From positions 1,152,001-1,216,000 of the forward strand of contig CBDCSU010000005.1 in the NCBI GenBank assembly GCA_965221775.1: 64,000 nucleotides of DNA, in the 5' to 3' direction. The translations under genes were made by a program, and so were the position numbers. Origin of the DNA: Candidatus Latescibacterota bacterium (lineage in GTDB: Bacteria > Latescibacterota > UBA2968 > UBA8231). Below, piece after piece: positions 9,104 to 19,008 of the stretch. Each line of letters opens with the position of its first letter. Positions within the stretch are counted from its first letter, which is position 1. The notes under the pieces are model-generated. The model did not search any database. It saw only the letters and a list, made by a program, of their open reading frames with translations, and had not been told where the DNA came from.

Positions 9104-10645
9104 TCAGTGCAGCAGCGTCAGCTTGTGGCTCTCATCCGTCCCATCGACCGACACCACCAGGAAGTAGGTGCCGGAGGCCTGCAGCCGCCCCTCCTGGTCG
9201 AGCCCGTCCCAGACGAACTGGTAGGAGCCCGCCGGGCGCTCGGCCGCCGCCGCCAGCACCCGCACCCGCTGCCCCAACTCGTCGTAGATCCGTACCGAGA
9301 CGGAGGCCGCCTGGTCCAACTCGAAGGCGATGGTGACAGCGGCATTGAAGGGATTCGGCCACAGGCGCACAGAGGGTAGCGCTCCTTCGGTACGGCCTGC
9401 CGGCACCTCCTCCTCGACCGCCTCCACCGCCGTGGCCACCCTCCACTCCCTTACCCGGCAGATGCGGCGCAACTGGGAGAACTCCTCTCCCCCCCAATAG
9501 ATGCCCCGAAAGTCATTCAGCATCGAGACGAGGAGATCACCTTCGGACGTCAGCAACTGGCGAAAGGGCCACCAGATCGGGGCCTCCAGCGCCGGACCGC
9601 CGTTGCCGATATTGTCCTGGCAGCGGTGCTCCGAGACTCGCTTGCCGGCGACCGCCCGTTTCTCCACGGCAGCGCAGCCCCGTGCAACGTAGTCCAGTCC
9701 GTTACCGGCGACGGTCTCGATGACACCGTCCGGCCAGATGCGATGAATGCGGTGAAAGCCCTGATCGAGAATGTACAGCGCCCCCTGTTCGTCGATCGTG
9801 ATCTCCCATGGTTGGTAGAGAGGAACTTCTGTCGCCAGACGGCCCTCGCCGACAGAGTAACTTCTGTTGTCCTGCACGGAGGGCGGGTGGTCTCCATACA
9901 CCCGGGAGCCGGCCACGATCTCGATGACGCCATCGGCGGACCGGCGGAAGACCTGGTTGCCCTGCGAGAAGAACACCACTCCCTGGCCATCCACGAGCAC
10001 CCCGGTTACCAAGTCGGTTTCCACCAGCGTGGTGACCACGCCCTGGCCATCGATCTGCCGGATCCCGTCCGTGCCGGCGACCAGCAGGCGGCCCTCCCGA
10101 TCAAACGCCAGCGCGGCCATCACGCCAAACCGGGCTTCCTTGGCCGGCCCGCCGTCGCCGCTGGACCCATACTCGCCTCCCGCGACGGTGACCACCTGAC
10201 CGTCCGGGTCCAGCCTCGCTATTCTGGACAGCTTCCTCCCCCAGTCGGGCCACGAGCGGTTGACATAGTCCACGAAGTAGAGCCGGCCCTGCCGGTCAAA
10301 GGCCAATCCCTCCGGTCCGATGCGGGCATCCAGGGCCGCGACGCTGTCCCGCAGGACATTGGCCGCCCGTTCCTCGCGGGTCTGCGGCACCCCCACGATG
10401 CGCGTGGCCGAGCCGTCGGATTCGAGGCGGTAGATGACGGAACCATCGGACACATGGACCTGCCCTGCCGGGTCCAAGGCCAGGCCCAAGGGCAGGTAGC
10501 TCCTATGCTCGCCGAAGGCCGCCAGGTAGTCCCCGCCGTCCGGGGCGGTCACGCTGCTGATGGTGCCCGGCTCGCCGCACGGCGGCAGCGCCCCCACCGG
10601 GGCCGTCAAGGCAAGCCACGACAGGCAGAGGAGCCGGGTTGCCAT
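9104..10645 (-). CDS. Secreted NHL-repeat (teneurin-like) protein with FlgD-Ig C-terminal domain
   Basis: Start MATRLLCLSWLAL at 10645; PxGLAFD, GDGGPA and IETVAGNG repeats; PNPFNAAV...WDGLDQEG..ASGTY...KLTLLH. Confidence 0.85.
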   Translation of the reverse strand: MATRLLCLSWLALTAPVGALPPCGEPGTISSVTAPDGGDYLAAFGEHRSYLPLGLALDPAGQVHVSDGSVIYRLESDGSATRIVGVPQTREERAANVLRDSVAALDARIGPEGLAFDRQGRLYFVDYVNRSWPDWGRKLSRIARLDPDGQVVTVAGGEYGSSGDGGPAKEARFGVMAALAFDREGRLLVAGTDGIRQIDGQGVVTTLVETDLVTGVLVDGQGVVFFSQGNQVFRRSADGVIEIVAGSRVYGDHPPSVQDNRSYSVGEGRLATEVPLYQPWEITIDEQGALYILDQGFHRIHRIWPDGVIETVAGNGLDYVARGCAAVEKRAVAGKRVSEHRCQDNIGNGGPALEAPIWWPFRQLLTSEGDLLVSMLNDFRGIYWGGEEFSQLRRICRVREWRVATAVEAVEEEVPAGRTEGALPSVRLWPNPFNAAVTIAFELDQAASVSVRIYDELGQRVRVLAAAAERPAGSYQFVWDGLDQEGRLQASGTYFLVVSVDGTDESHKLTLLH

Positions 10646-10650
10646 GTCCC

Positions 10651-12306
10651 TCAGTGCAGCAGCGTCAGCTTGTGGCTCTCGGTCGTCCCATCGACCGAGA
10701 TCACCAATAGGTACGTGCCCGAGGCTTGGGATCGCCCCTCCTGGTCGAGCCCGTCCCAGACGAACTGGTAGGAGCCCGGTGGGCACTCGGCCTCGGCGGC
10801 CAGCACCCGCACCCGCTGGCCCAACTCGTCGTAGACCCGTACCGATACGGAGGCTGAGTGGTCCAACTCGAAGGCGACGGTGACTGAGGCATTGGAGGGA
10901 TTCGGGTACAGGCGAAGTGAGAGTCTCCCTGCCTCGGCGCCACTCGCAGGCAGCTCCTCCTCTTCGACCGCCTCGACGCCCGTGGCGACCATCCACTCGC
11001 GGACCCGGCAGATGCGGCGCAGGTGGGAGATGTCGCCCCCCGCCCACATCATGCCCCCCGGCCACATCCCCACGAGAAGATCGCCCTCCGGCGTCATCTG
11101 CAGCAGATGGGGAGACCAGACCGGGGCCTCCAGCGCCGGCCCGCCGTCGCCGATGTTGTCCAGGCATGGGGGAATGGGGATGCCCCCGGCCACCCGCTTC
11201 TCGGACGCCGCACAGCCGGGTGACCAACCGAAGTCCAGACCGTTGCCAGCGACGGTCTCGATGGCGCCGTCGGGACGGACCCGATGGACTCGGTGGAAGT
11301 AGTAGTTGGCTATATACAGGGACCCGTCCGAGTCGAGAGCGAGGGCCGACACAAAGTTGAAGGGAGCCTCGGTCGCCGGACCACCGTTGGCGGCGTAGTA
11401 CCCGCCCGGGCGCTCTTCCGACCACTCCCCTTCCAACGCCGCCTCACGCATGGCCCTGCGGCCATCCCAGGTCGACCCGGCGAGGTGCTCGATCATGCCG
11501 TCGCCATTGCGACGGAAGACCTGGTTGCCCGAGGCGAAATACAGTCTCCCCTGGCCATCTACTTGCGCTCGATGAGCTGACTCCATGGGCCCGGAGGGTG
11601 CGGAGACATCTCCCTGGTCGTCAATGCGCCAGATCCCTCCATGACCCGACAACAGCAGATGTCCCTCCAGATCGAAGACCAGCGAGCTTGCCCAACCGAA
11701 CGCCTCCGGGCCGGCGAAGGTGACGACCCGACCATCGGTCTCCACGCGCGCAATGCGTGACACCGCTATCGGAAGGTCTTCGGGCGGCCCAAACAACTGC
11801 GACGCGTCGACGTAGTCCACGAAGTAGAGCTGCCCCTGCCTGTCGAAGGCCATCGGGCCCGGCGCAATGCGAGCGTCCAGCGCCGCCACCGTGTCCACGA
11901 GGACATTCCCCTTTTGCAGACGGGGTGGCCAGTACCGGTCATGGCCTATGCCGGTTTCGTCACTGTCCCGATACTGGGGTACGCCGACCATGCGGGTGGC
12001 GCTGCCATCGGCTTCGAAACGGTAGATGATCGTCCAGTCGGCGACATGGACGCGCCCTTGGGGGCCGACGGACAGGTACTGCGGATAGTGACTGCGATAC
12101 TCCGGCGCAGCGGCCAGGTCCCCGTAGCCGGGTACGTCCTGCGGCGGGTAGACCTTGTAGCCACTGAAGGCGGCTATGTAGTCCCCGCCGTCGGGGGCGG
12201 TCACGGTGCTGATCGTGCCCGGCTCCCCGCACGGCGGCAGCGCCCCCACCGGGGCCGCCAGGGCAAGCCACCACAAGGCGGGGAAGCCATGAAGACGGGT
12301 TGGCAC
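10651..12306 (-). CDS. Secreted NHL-repeat protein with FlgD-Ig domain, tandem paralogue of 9104..10645
   Basis: GTG start after GGAGGAGG; same N-terminus (APVGALPPCGEPGTIS) and same C-terminus (ESHKLTLLH) as the neighbour. Confidence 0.85.
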   Translation of the reverse strand: MPTRLHGFPALWWLALAAPVGALPPCGEPGTISTVTAPDGGDYIAAFSGYKVYPPQDVPGYGDLAAAPEYRSHYPQYLSVGPQGRVHVADWTIIYRFEADGSATRMVGVPQYRDSDETGIGHDRYWPPRLQKGNVLVDTVAALDARIAPGPMAFDRQGQLYFVDYVDASQLFGPPEDLPIAVSRIARVETDGRVVTFAGPEAFGWASSLVFDLEGHLLLSGHGGIWRIDDQGDVSAPSGPMESAHRAQVDGQGRLYFASGNQVFRRNGDGMIEHLAGSTWDGRRAMREAALEGEWSEERPGGYYAANGGPATEAPFNFVSALALDSDGSLYIANYYFHRVHRVRPDGAIETVAGNGLDFGWSPGCAASEKRVAGGIPIPPCLDNIGDGGPALEAPVWSPHLLQMTPEGDLLVGMWPGGMMWAGGDISHLRRICRVREWMVATGVEAVEEEELPASGAEAGRLSLRLYPNPSNASVTVAFELDHSASVSVRVYDELGQRVRVLAAEAECPPGSYQFVWDGLDQEGRSQASGTYLLVISVDGTTESHKLTLLH

Positions 12307-12339
12307 AACCCCTCCTCCCTTAGTGCAGCAGGGTCAACT

Positions 12340-13575
12340 TCAGCCGGCCTCGATCTGCGCCTGCAGAAAGTCCAGGGCCGCCCTGTTCACCCAGCGCTCC
12401 TCGTGGAAGGCCCGCCCGTACTCCAGAGCCGTCACCTCGCGGTACTCGTGGGCCTCGTCGTCGATGAACATCAGTTGCTTTCTGATCGAGGCCCGCACGG
12501 AGGGATCGGCCCCGCGCTCGAGCAGCGCCCTGATGAAGTAATCGGCCTCGAGGCCCCTCACCGTCGCAGGCTGCACGACCACGGCGCTGAACAAAGGCGT
12601 GTGCCCGCCGAAGCCGTCGGCGTCGACCGCCGCGCGGGCGTTCGGGTCGGCGCCGTGAGCCAGGAGCCAGTCGAAGATCTCGCGCTCGTAGTAGTCGATC
12701 GCCATGTGCAGCAGAGTGGCGCCTTGCAGCGGCGTTCCGTGCAGCCCGTAGCCGTCGTCGCCGCCGCAGCCGCACGCCCGAGGGAAGATCTCCTCGCCGG
12801 TGAGCGGACGGCCGACGAAGCCGGGGTCGCGCTCGTACAGGGCCTCGAGCAGGTCGATCCGCCCGCGGTGCACGGCCATGGCGGGCGTGTCGGGGTAGTC
12901 GACGTTGGCCTCCAGGATGTGCAGGACCTCGTGCTTGCCGGCCGGGTTGCGGGAGTAGGTGCTCAGCGCCATGGCGACGGGGGCCAGGCGGTCGCCCTCG
13001 GAGTCGCACAGCTCGGCGCCGACCTCGACCAGCTCCCTCAGGCCGTCCCCGTTCACCGTCTCGCAGCAGCCGATGATGATGCCGCGCGGGACCGGCGCGC
13101 CGAGGGCGGCCAGCTTGCGCATGGTGCTCACCTTTCCCTGCAGGGCCGCGCGTGAGAAAGCCCTTTCCAGGTCCTTGGCGCCGAGGGAGGCGAGCATCTC
13201 CACGATCTCATCCCGGCCGAGGTTGGCGGCCTGTGACATGGGCGGGCCCCAGTCCTCGTTGCGCACGTTCTCGCCCAGCAGGTCGGGGTGCTCCGCGACG
13301 ATGTCGCGGACCCGCTGCACGTCGTCGCGCCAGATGGCGCGCAGCAGGTCCACCTTCACGCGCAGGCGTGGCCAGCTCGCCTGCTGATAGGCCCGCGCCA
13401 GCGCGAGCTGCGCGTCGGCGAGCTTCGCCTCGGGGGGCTCCACCCCGCGGGGATGGAACTCCTCGAAGTCGGACCGGGCGTCGGGGTCGCCGGAGCGGTA
13501 CGCGGCGAGCAGCGACTTGGCCTGGCCCCTGAGGTGGTCCAGGTCGGGATCGTTGGGCAGATGGCGGATCGGCAT
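12340..13575 (-). CDS. Ankyrin-repeat protein
   Basis: Start MPIRHLPNDPDLDHLRGQAK (TGATG overlap with the upstream gene); LADAQLALAR..SWPRL leader domain; TLLHMAID..LLAHGADPNA and GHTPLFSAV..LLERGADP ankyrin units. Confidence 0.85.
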   Translation of the reverse strand: MPIRHLPNDPDLDHLRGQAKSLLAAYRSGDPDARSDFEEFHPRGVEPPEAKLADAQLALARAYQQASWPRLRVKVDLLRAIWRDDVQRVRDIVAEHPDLLGENVRNEDWGPPMSQAANLGRDEIVEMLASLGAKDLERAFSRAALQGKVSTMRKLAALGAPVPRGIIIGCCETVNGDGLRELVEVGAELCDSEGDRLAPVAMALSTYSRNPAGKHEVLHILEANVDYPDTPAMAVHRGRIDLLEALYERDPGFVGRPLTGEEIFPRACGCGGDDGYGLHGTPLQGATLLHMAIDYYEREIFDWLLAHGADPNARAAVDADGFGGHTPLFSAVVVQPATVRGLEADYFIRALLERGADPSVRASIRKQLMFIDDEAHEYREVTALEYGRAFHEERWVNRAALDFLQAQIEAG

Positions 13576-14981
13576 CACTCCACCTCCCCGTCGAGCAGCG
13601 CCCGCCCGTACAGAATGTGGGGGATGTCCAGCCCGGGCCGCTCGAGCCGGTTGAACCGGGCCCACTGGATCTCCCAGATCCGCGGGTCCCAGCGGCACAG
13701 TTCCATCCAGCCGCGGATGATCTTGCTGTCGCCGTCGGGCCCGTCCACGCGGCCGCCGATGCGCGGTTCCTCCAGCGAGCCGTTCCACATCTGGTCCGTA
13801 AAGGTGCGCGTGAACCGCAGCATGTCCTCCCGCGTGAAGACCACGCCCCGGCGGAAAGCCTCGACGGCGAAGGTCACGTCGATTTGCCCGTGGCTGGAGT
13901 CCTCGGGCCGGCTGTGGTCCGGCTCTCCGGCCTCGGTCCAGTCCCAGTAGTTCCAGGTCCAGGCATTTCCCGTCTTTTCGAGGAAGTGCTTGAAATGGGC
14001 GGCCATTTGGGTGGCCCGCTCCAGGTAGAGGGGGTTCTCCGACACGTCCTTCAGCACCAGCCAGACCCGCGCCGGGGCGAGGTACTGGTTGTGGGGCATG
14101 ACGCGGTTGGGAAAGCGCTCGGAGGGGGACTCGGTGAACCGGTAGGCCCCCATGCCCGGCCCCACCTCCTGCCAGTGGCGCTCCTGCTTCTGAAGGACGC
14201 GTTCCTCGATCAGTTGGAGGTAGGAGCGCGCCTTCTCCTCGTACCGGCCCTGCAGGCGCGGGTCCTTCAGAGCCAGCTCGATGAGCTGGGCCACGGGGTA
14301 GAGGATCATCCCCTCGTGCACGGCGTACTCCAGCGGAGCCGGTCCCCGGGTCTCGACGCGGAAGCGGTCGCCGATCTCGGGCCGGCCCTCCAGCCGCACC
14401 TCGAAGCCGGCGATGCCGGGAATCGGCTCTCCCTCGGCCTGCGGACCGTCGTGGACCACTTCCCACGGGCCGCCGCTCAGCTGCCGCACCGTGAAGCGGT
14501 CCTCCCCGGTGCGCTCGACGATGTACTCCGCGTCGACCGCCTGGTGGGCCTGCTGGATGTTCGTCTCCACCTCCGCCCCGGGCAGGATCCGCGCCGTCCC
14601 CCGGTTGTGCAGTTCCTCGGCGCGCATGCGGGAGACGGAGTAGCGGTCCGCCTGCCACCCCGGGATGCCGTCGCCGTCGTGGTCGCTCATGTTCGCCGCC
14701 ATGCGGTCGAAGTGGTCGATCACCTTGTCCAGCCAGCGCACGTCCCCGGTGACGCGGTACATCTTGATGTAGCCGTTCAGGTAGTAGCTCTCGCCCCAGG
14801 CCAGGGCCGACGAGGTCTTCTGGTCCGAGTACGCCCTGCCCTCGTTCCGCGAGTTGTCGAAGGCGACGAACTCGGCGATCAGGGCCTCGCGGTCGAATTT
14901 GGTCACTTGCGCCCGTCCTTCCTGAAAGGTCAGCAGCACGAGGCCGGCGGCGGCGGCCGGCCATGCGGGGATCGATCTCAT
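13575..14981 (-). CDS. Secreted hypothetical protein, probable alpha/alpha-toroid fold with inserted beta domain
   Basis: GAGGAGG RBS, signal peptide MRSIPAWPAAAAGLVLL; helical-barrel-like segments AWGESYYLNGYIKMYRVTGDVRWLD and NPLYLERATQMA. Fold is an inference. Confidence 0.7.
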   Translation of the reverse strand: MRSIPAWPAAAAGLVLLTFQEGRAQVTKFDREALIAEFVAFDNSRNEGRAYSDQKTSSALAWGESYYLNGYIKMYRVTGDVRWLDKVIDHFDRMAANMSDHDGDGIPGWQADRYSVSRMRAEELHNRGTARILPGAEVETNIQQAHQAVDAEYIVERTGEDRFTVRQLSGGPWEVVHDGPQAEGEPIPGIAGFEVRLEGRPEIGDRFRVETRGPAPLEYAVHEGMILYPVAQLIELALKDPRLQGRYEEKARSYLQLIEERVLQKQERHWQEVGPGMGAYRFTESPSERFPNRVMPHNQYLAPARVWLVLKDVSENPLYLERATQMAAHFKHFLEKTGNAWTWNYWDWTEAGEPDHSRPEDSSHGQIDVTFAVEAFRRGVVFTREDMLRFTRTFTDQMWNGSLEEPRIGGRVDGPDGDSKIIRGWMELCRWDPRIWEIQWARFNRLERPGLDIPHILYGRALLDGEVE

Positions 14982-15221
14982 CGGGTTGCCTCCTCGAGTC
15001 GGCCTTCCAGCCTCGGCAAGGTAGGCCCGCCCGAAAGACGGGACCAATCGCCCCAATCGCCCAGCCATCGGCCAAGGCTTCCGGCTGGCGTGGCCGTCCC
15101 TCGCCACCTTCACTCCTGCTCGCCCGGCCCCCCGAACCCTTGACGCTGCCCGCGCCCACGCGGAACCTATGCCGCCCCGGCAGCACCCCCGATCCGCACC
15201 CCGCACCCGACCCGAGGCCCC

Positions 15222-16409
15222 ATGGATCCCCTTCGCGTCGCCGCCATCTGCACCATCTACTACCCCAAGTCGCACGCCGACGTGATCGTCACCAAGTTCC
15301 TGGAGGGGGCCTCCACCGACGAGGGCTTCCGACCCTTCGACGACGTGCGCATCACCTCCGTGTACATCGACCACGTGCTGGAGAACGATGTCGGCCTCGG
15401 GCGCCTGGCGAAGCACGGGGTCCCCCATCACCCCAGCATCCGCCGCGCCCTGCACGCCGGGTCCAACGAGTTGGACGTGGACGCCGTGCTCCTCGTGGGC
15501 GAGCACGGGGACTACCCGTGGAACGAGCGCGGCCGGCACATGTACCCGCGGCGCTACTTCTTCGAGCAGATCGCCGGGGTCTTCGCCGAGAGCGGCCGCG
15601 TGGCGCCGGTCTTCAGCGACAAGCACCTGGCCTACAGCTGGGACGACGCCGCCTGGATGTGGGCCCGCAAGCAGGAGCTGGGCATCCCCCTCATGGCCGG
15701 GTCCTCCCTGCCCCTGTGCTGGCGCCGGCCGTGGTTGGAATACGACAAGGGCGTCGAGCTGGAGGAGGTCATGGCCCTCAGCTACGGATCGGTGGAGGCC
15801 TACGGTTACCACGCCCTGGAGACCATGCAGTGCATGGCCGAACGCCGCGCCGGCGGCGAGACCGGCGTCGTCTCCGTGCAGTGCCTGGAGGGCGACGATG
15901 TGTGGCGGGCCCGGGACCGCGGCGAGTGGTCCGGGGACCTGGCCGCGGCCATGCTGTCCGCCACGGAGAAGGCCCGCAGCAACGACCCCGAGGAGTACGA
16001 CGACCCCACCCTCTTCCTGGTGCGCTACGCCGACGGGCTGAAGGCATCCGTCCTGCATCTCAACGGCGTGGGCACCTTTGCCTACGCCGCGCGCCGGCGG
16101 GACGGCACCGTCGACGCCTGCGAGGCCCACACCCAGGAAGGGGGGCCCTTCGCCCACTTCGGCTACCTCACCCGCAACATCGAGCAGTTCTTCCGCACCG
16201 GCGTGCCGCCGTACCCCTGCGAGCGCACCCTGCTCATCACCGGTGTCATCGACGCCGTCATGATCTCCCGCAGCGAGGGGTGCCGCGTCGTCGACACGCC
16301 CTACCTCGACATCCGTTACGAGTCCTACGACGAGATGCCCCTGCGCCCGCGGGGTCCGCGTCCGGTGGGCGCCTGTCTCGATCCGAACGCCCCCGACATG
16401 CCCGCCTGA
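15222..16409 (+). CDS. Conserved hypothetical protein, Gfo/Idh/MocA oxidoreductase-like
   Basis: 395-aa ORF with strong codon bias; SHADVI, DAVLLVGEHGDYP, PVFSDKHL, MAGSSLP, YGYHALE. Confidence 0.7.
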   Translation: MDPLRVAAICTIYYPKSHADVIVTKFLEGASTDEGFRPFDDVRITSVYIDHVLENDVGLGRLAKHGVPHHPSIRRALHAGSNELDVDAVLLVGEHGDYPWNERGRHMYPRRYFFEQIAGVFAESGRVAPVFSDKHLAYSWDDAAWMWARKQELGIPLMAGSSLPLCWRRPWLEYDKGVELEEVMALSYGSVEAYGYHALETMQCMAERRAGGETGVVSVQCLEGDDVWRARDRGEWSGDLAAAMLSATEKARSNDPEEYDDPTLFLVRYADGLKASVLHLNGVGTFAYAARRRDGTVDACEAHTQEGGPFAHFGYLTRNIEQFFRTGVPPYPCERTLLITGVIDAVMISRSEGCRVVDTPYLDIRYESYDEMPLRPRGPRPVGACLDPNAPDMPA

Positions 16410-16414
16410 GCGCC

Positions 16415-17644
16415 ATGGCCCCCTATCCGACCTATCTCTTCGTCAACCCGCGGGCCCAGCCTCCGCCGGAGTACGGCCCGGCGCAGCAGGCGTTGCTGAA
16501 CCGCCAGGCCTTCGCGGATGTGGAAGCGGAGGTGACACGCTTCCCAGGGTATCGGCCGACGCCGCTCATCGCGCTGGACGGTCTCGCGTCGGCGAGCGCT
16601 GTCGACGGCCTGTGGTGCAAGCACGAAGGGCATCGGTTCGAGGTGGGCAGCTTCAAGCCGACGGGACCGGTCTACGCGATGCTGGCCGTGTTGAAGGGCG
16701 AAGTCGCGAAGGCCACCGGCGCGGAGACGGTCACCACACGGGACCTGATGGACCGGAAGCATGAATCCGTGACGAGGGAGATCACCGTCTCGGCGGCGAC
16801 ATCGGGCAATCACGGGCGGGCCCTGGCGTGGGGCGCCCGCATGTTCGGCTGCCGCTGCGTGATCTACATGAACGACGGGGTCAGCGCCGGCCGGGAAGAG
16901 GCGATCGCCGCCTACGGAGCGGAGGTGGTGCGCGTGGCGGGGAGCTACGATCGAACCGTGCAGCGCTCCTACGCGGACGCCGAGAGGCTCGGCTACTTCC
17001 CCATATCGGATGAGAAGTCCACGGAGTACCCCCACATTTCGCGCGACATCATCCAGGGTTACGCCATGGTGGCGGACGAGATCGTTCGGCAGTTCGGCGG
17101 GGGCCGGCCGCCCACGCATGTCTTCGTCCCCGGCGGCGGCGGCCGCCTGGCGGCTGCCACCTGCGGCCACTTGTGGGAGCGGTACGGGAGCAGGCATCCG
17201 CGGGTGGTCGTCGTCGAGCCGGCCAACTCCGCGTGCCTGTATCACAGCGCCCTCGACGACAGGGCCGCAACCCTCGGCGGAGACGGGCGGTCGGTGATGG
17301 ACGGACTGGTGGTCGAGGCCGCCTCGCCCCAGGCCTGGGAGATCCTGAGGGCCGGCGCCTTCGCCTTTCTCGCGATTCCCGACGAGGCCGCTGTCGATGC
17401 CATGCGGCAGGCGGCGGCCGGTGTCGGCGGCGATCCCCCGCTCGTCATCGGCGAGACGGGGATCGCGGCGTGGGCGGGATTCCTGGCCGCGATGCGTGAC
17501 GAGGAGTTGAAGCAGCAGCTTGGACTGGATTCCAGCAGCCGCGTGGTCGTCATCGCCACCGAAGGGGCCACCGATCCGGAGGTCTACCTCAACCTCGTCG
17601 GCAGGACTCCGGAAGCGGTCCTGGCGCAGGAGGACTCCGAATGA
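16415..17644 (+). CDS. dpaL: Diaminopropionate ammonia-lyase (fold-type II PLP enzyme)
   Basis: YRPTPL, KHEGHRFEVGSFK (PLP Lys), ATSGNHGRALAWGA, IIQGY, PTHVFV, TEGATDPEVY. Confidence 0.85.
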   Translation: MAPYPTYLFVNPRAQPPPEYGPAQQALLNRQAFADVEAEVTRFPGYRPTPLIALDGLASASAVDGLWCKHEGHRFEVGSFKPTGPVYAMLAVLKGEVAKATGAETVTTRDLMDRKHESVTREITVSAATSGNHGRALAWGARMFGCRCVIYMNDGVSAGREEAIAAYGAEVVRVAGSYDRTVQRSYADAERLGYFPISDEKSTEYPHISRDIIQGYAMVADEIVRQFGGGRPPTHVFVPGGGGRLAAATCGHLWERYGSRHPRVVVVEPANSACLYHSALDDRAATLGGDGRSVMDGLVVEAASPQAWEILRAGAFAFLAIPDEAAVDAMRQAAAGVGGDPPLVIGETGIAAWAGFLAAMRDEELKQQLGLDSSSRVVVIATEGATDPEVYLNLVGRTPEAVLAQEDSE

Positions 17645-19008
17645 GTGATCCAGCTCTCCAGGGCCTGATCCCGGAGATCGAGCGCCTGGCGCAGACCAAG
17701 GTCGCCAGGCACAGACTCCCCGGCATGGCCCTCGGCATCGTCCGCGGCCAGGAGCTGGCCTGGTTCGGCGGGTTCGGCGCGGCCGATCTCGACTCGGGCG
17801 CAACGCCCACGGAGGAGACGATCGCCCGCGTCGCTTCCGTCACCAAGACCTTCACCGCCACGGCGATCCTGCAGTTGCGGGACCAGGGGCGGCTCACGTT
17901 GGAGGACCCGCTGGCGCGGCACGTCCCCGAGTTCGCCTCGGCCCGCGCCGTCCGCGGCGACGTGGAAGGCGTGACCCTCCGGCGGCTGCTGACCCACCGC
18001 TCGGGGCTGGTCACCGAGTCGCCGACCCACGGCTGGGCCGCCCTCGACTTCCCGAGCCGGGAGGAGATTCTGGCGAAGCTGCCGGAGACGGGGATCGTCA
18101 TCCCCCAGGACTCCGCCTTCAAGTACTCGAACCTCGCCTTCGGCTTGCTCGGCGAGGTCGTCTACCGGGTCACCGGCACGCCCTACACGGAGTACGTCCA
18201 CACCCACATCATCGATCCCCTCGGCCTGACCTCCACCGTCTTCGACCTCACCGACGAACTGCGCCCCCGCTTCTTCACCGGCTACAACCCGTCCCCCTGG
18301 CAGGACCGCCCCGAGCGCGCCCCCTATGCACACCTGAAGGGGATCTCGGCGGGGGGCCAGCTGCACTCCACCGTGAGCGACCTGGCGAAATGGGTGTCGT
18401 TCCAGTTCCGCGGCGACGCGCAGGTGCTCAGGGCCGAGACCCTGCGGGAGATCCAGCGCCCCCAGTACGTCGAGCCGGACTGGTCGGCGGGACAGTGCAT
18501 CGGCTGGCGCGCCACCCGCATCGGCGACCGCGTCCATCACAATCACGGCGGCGGCATCCACGGCTTCGCGACGCAGGTGTGGTACAACATTCCGGGCAGG
18601 ACGGGCGTGGTTCTTCTCATCAACATGTGGCCTCCCCACGGCGGCCTGGAGACGGCGCAGGAGGTTCTGGAGATGGTGCTGCAGGCCGACGAGGCGGCGC
18701 CGTCCGCACCCGAACCGCCGAGGCTCGAGCCGACGCCGGAGGCATTGCGGCGTTTCGTCGGGTACTACCGCGCCGAACCCGGAATCGACGTGAACATCGA
18801 GTGGCGCGACGGCGCCCTGCGGCTGGTCCCCCACGGTGGGTCCGCACTCTCGCTGCATGCCCCGGCGATCCTCGAAGCGACGGACCAGGAGCAGGAGTGG
18901 GTGGTCCGCGGGGGCCGCGCCGCCGGAGAGACGGCCCTCTTCACGTTGGATGAGGACCGGGTCGTCAGCTATGAGTTGGGAGCTCTCGTGTTCAGGAAGC
19001 TGGTGTGA
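17641..19008 (+). CDS. Serine hydrolase, beta-lactamase/class C family
   Basis: ASVTK (SxxK), LLTHRSGL, FKYSN, HGGGIHGF. Confidence 0.9.
   Translation: MSDPALQGLIPEIERLAQTKVARHRLPGMALGIVRGQELAWFGGFGAADLDSGATPTEETIARVASVTKTFTATAILQLRDQGRLTLEDPLARHVPEFASARAVRGDVEGVTLRRLLTHRSGLVTESPTHGWAALDFPSREEILAKLPETGIVIPQDSAFKYSNLAFGLLGEVVYRVTGTPYTEYVHTHIIDPLGLTSTVFDLTDELRPRFFTGYNPSPWQDRPERAPYAHLKGISAGGQLHSTVSDLAKWVSFQFRGDAQVLRAETLREIQRPQYVEPDWSAGQCIGWRATRIGDRVHHNHGGGIHGFATQVWYNIPGRTGVVLLINMWPPHGGLETAQEVLEMVLQADEAAPSAPEPPRLEPTPEALRRFVGYYRAEPGIDVNIEWRDGALRLVPHGGSALSLHAPAILEATDQEQEWVVRGGRAAGETALFTLDEDRVVSYELGALVFRKLV

Noticed and set aside
9104-12306. Diversity-generating retroelement explanation for the paralogue repeats
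   Set aside because: No reverse transcriptase in the window, and the differences are not adenine-specific.
17641-19008. Antibiotic-resistance beta-lactamase
   Set aside because: No signal peptide and a catabolic operon context; a generic serine hydrolase is the safer call.
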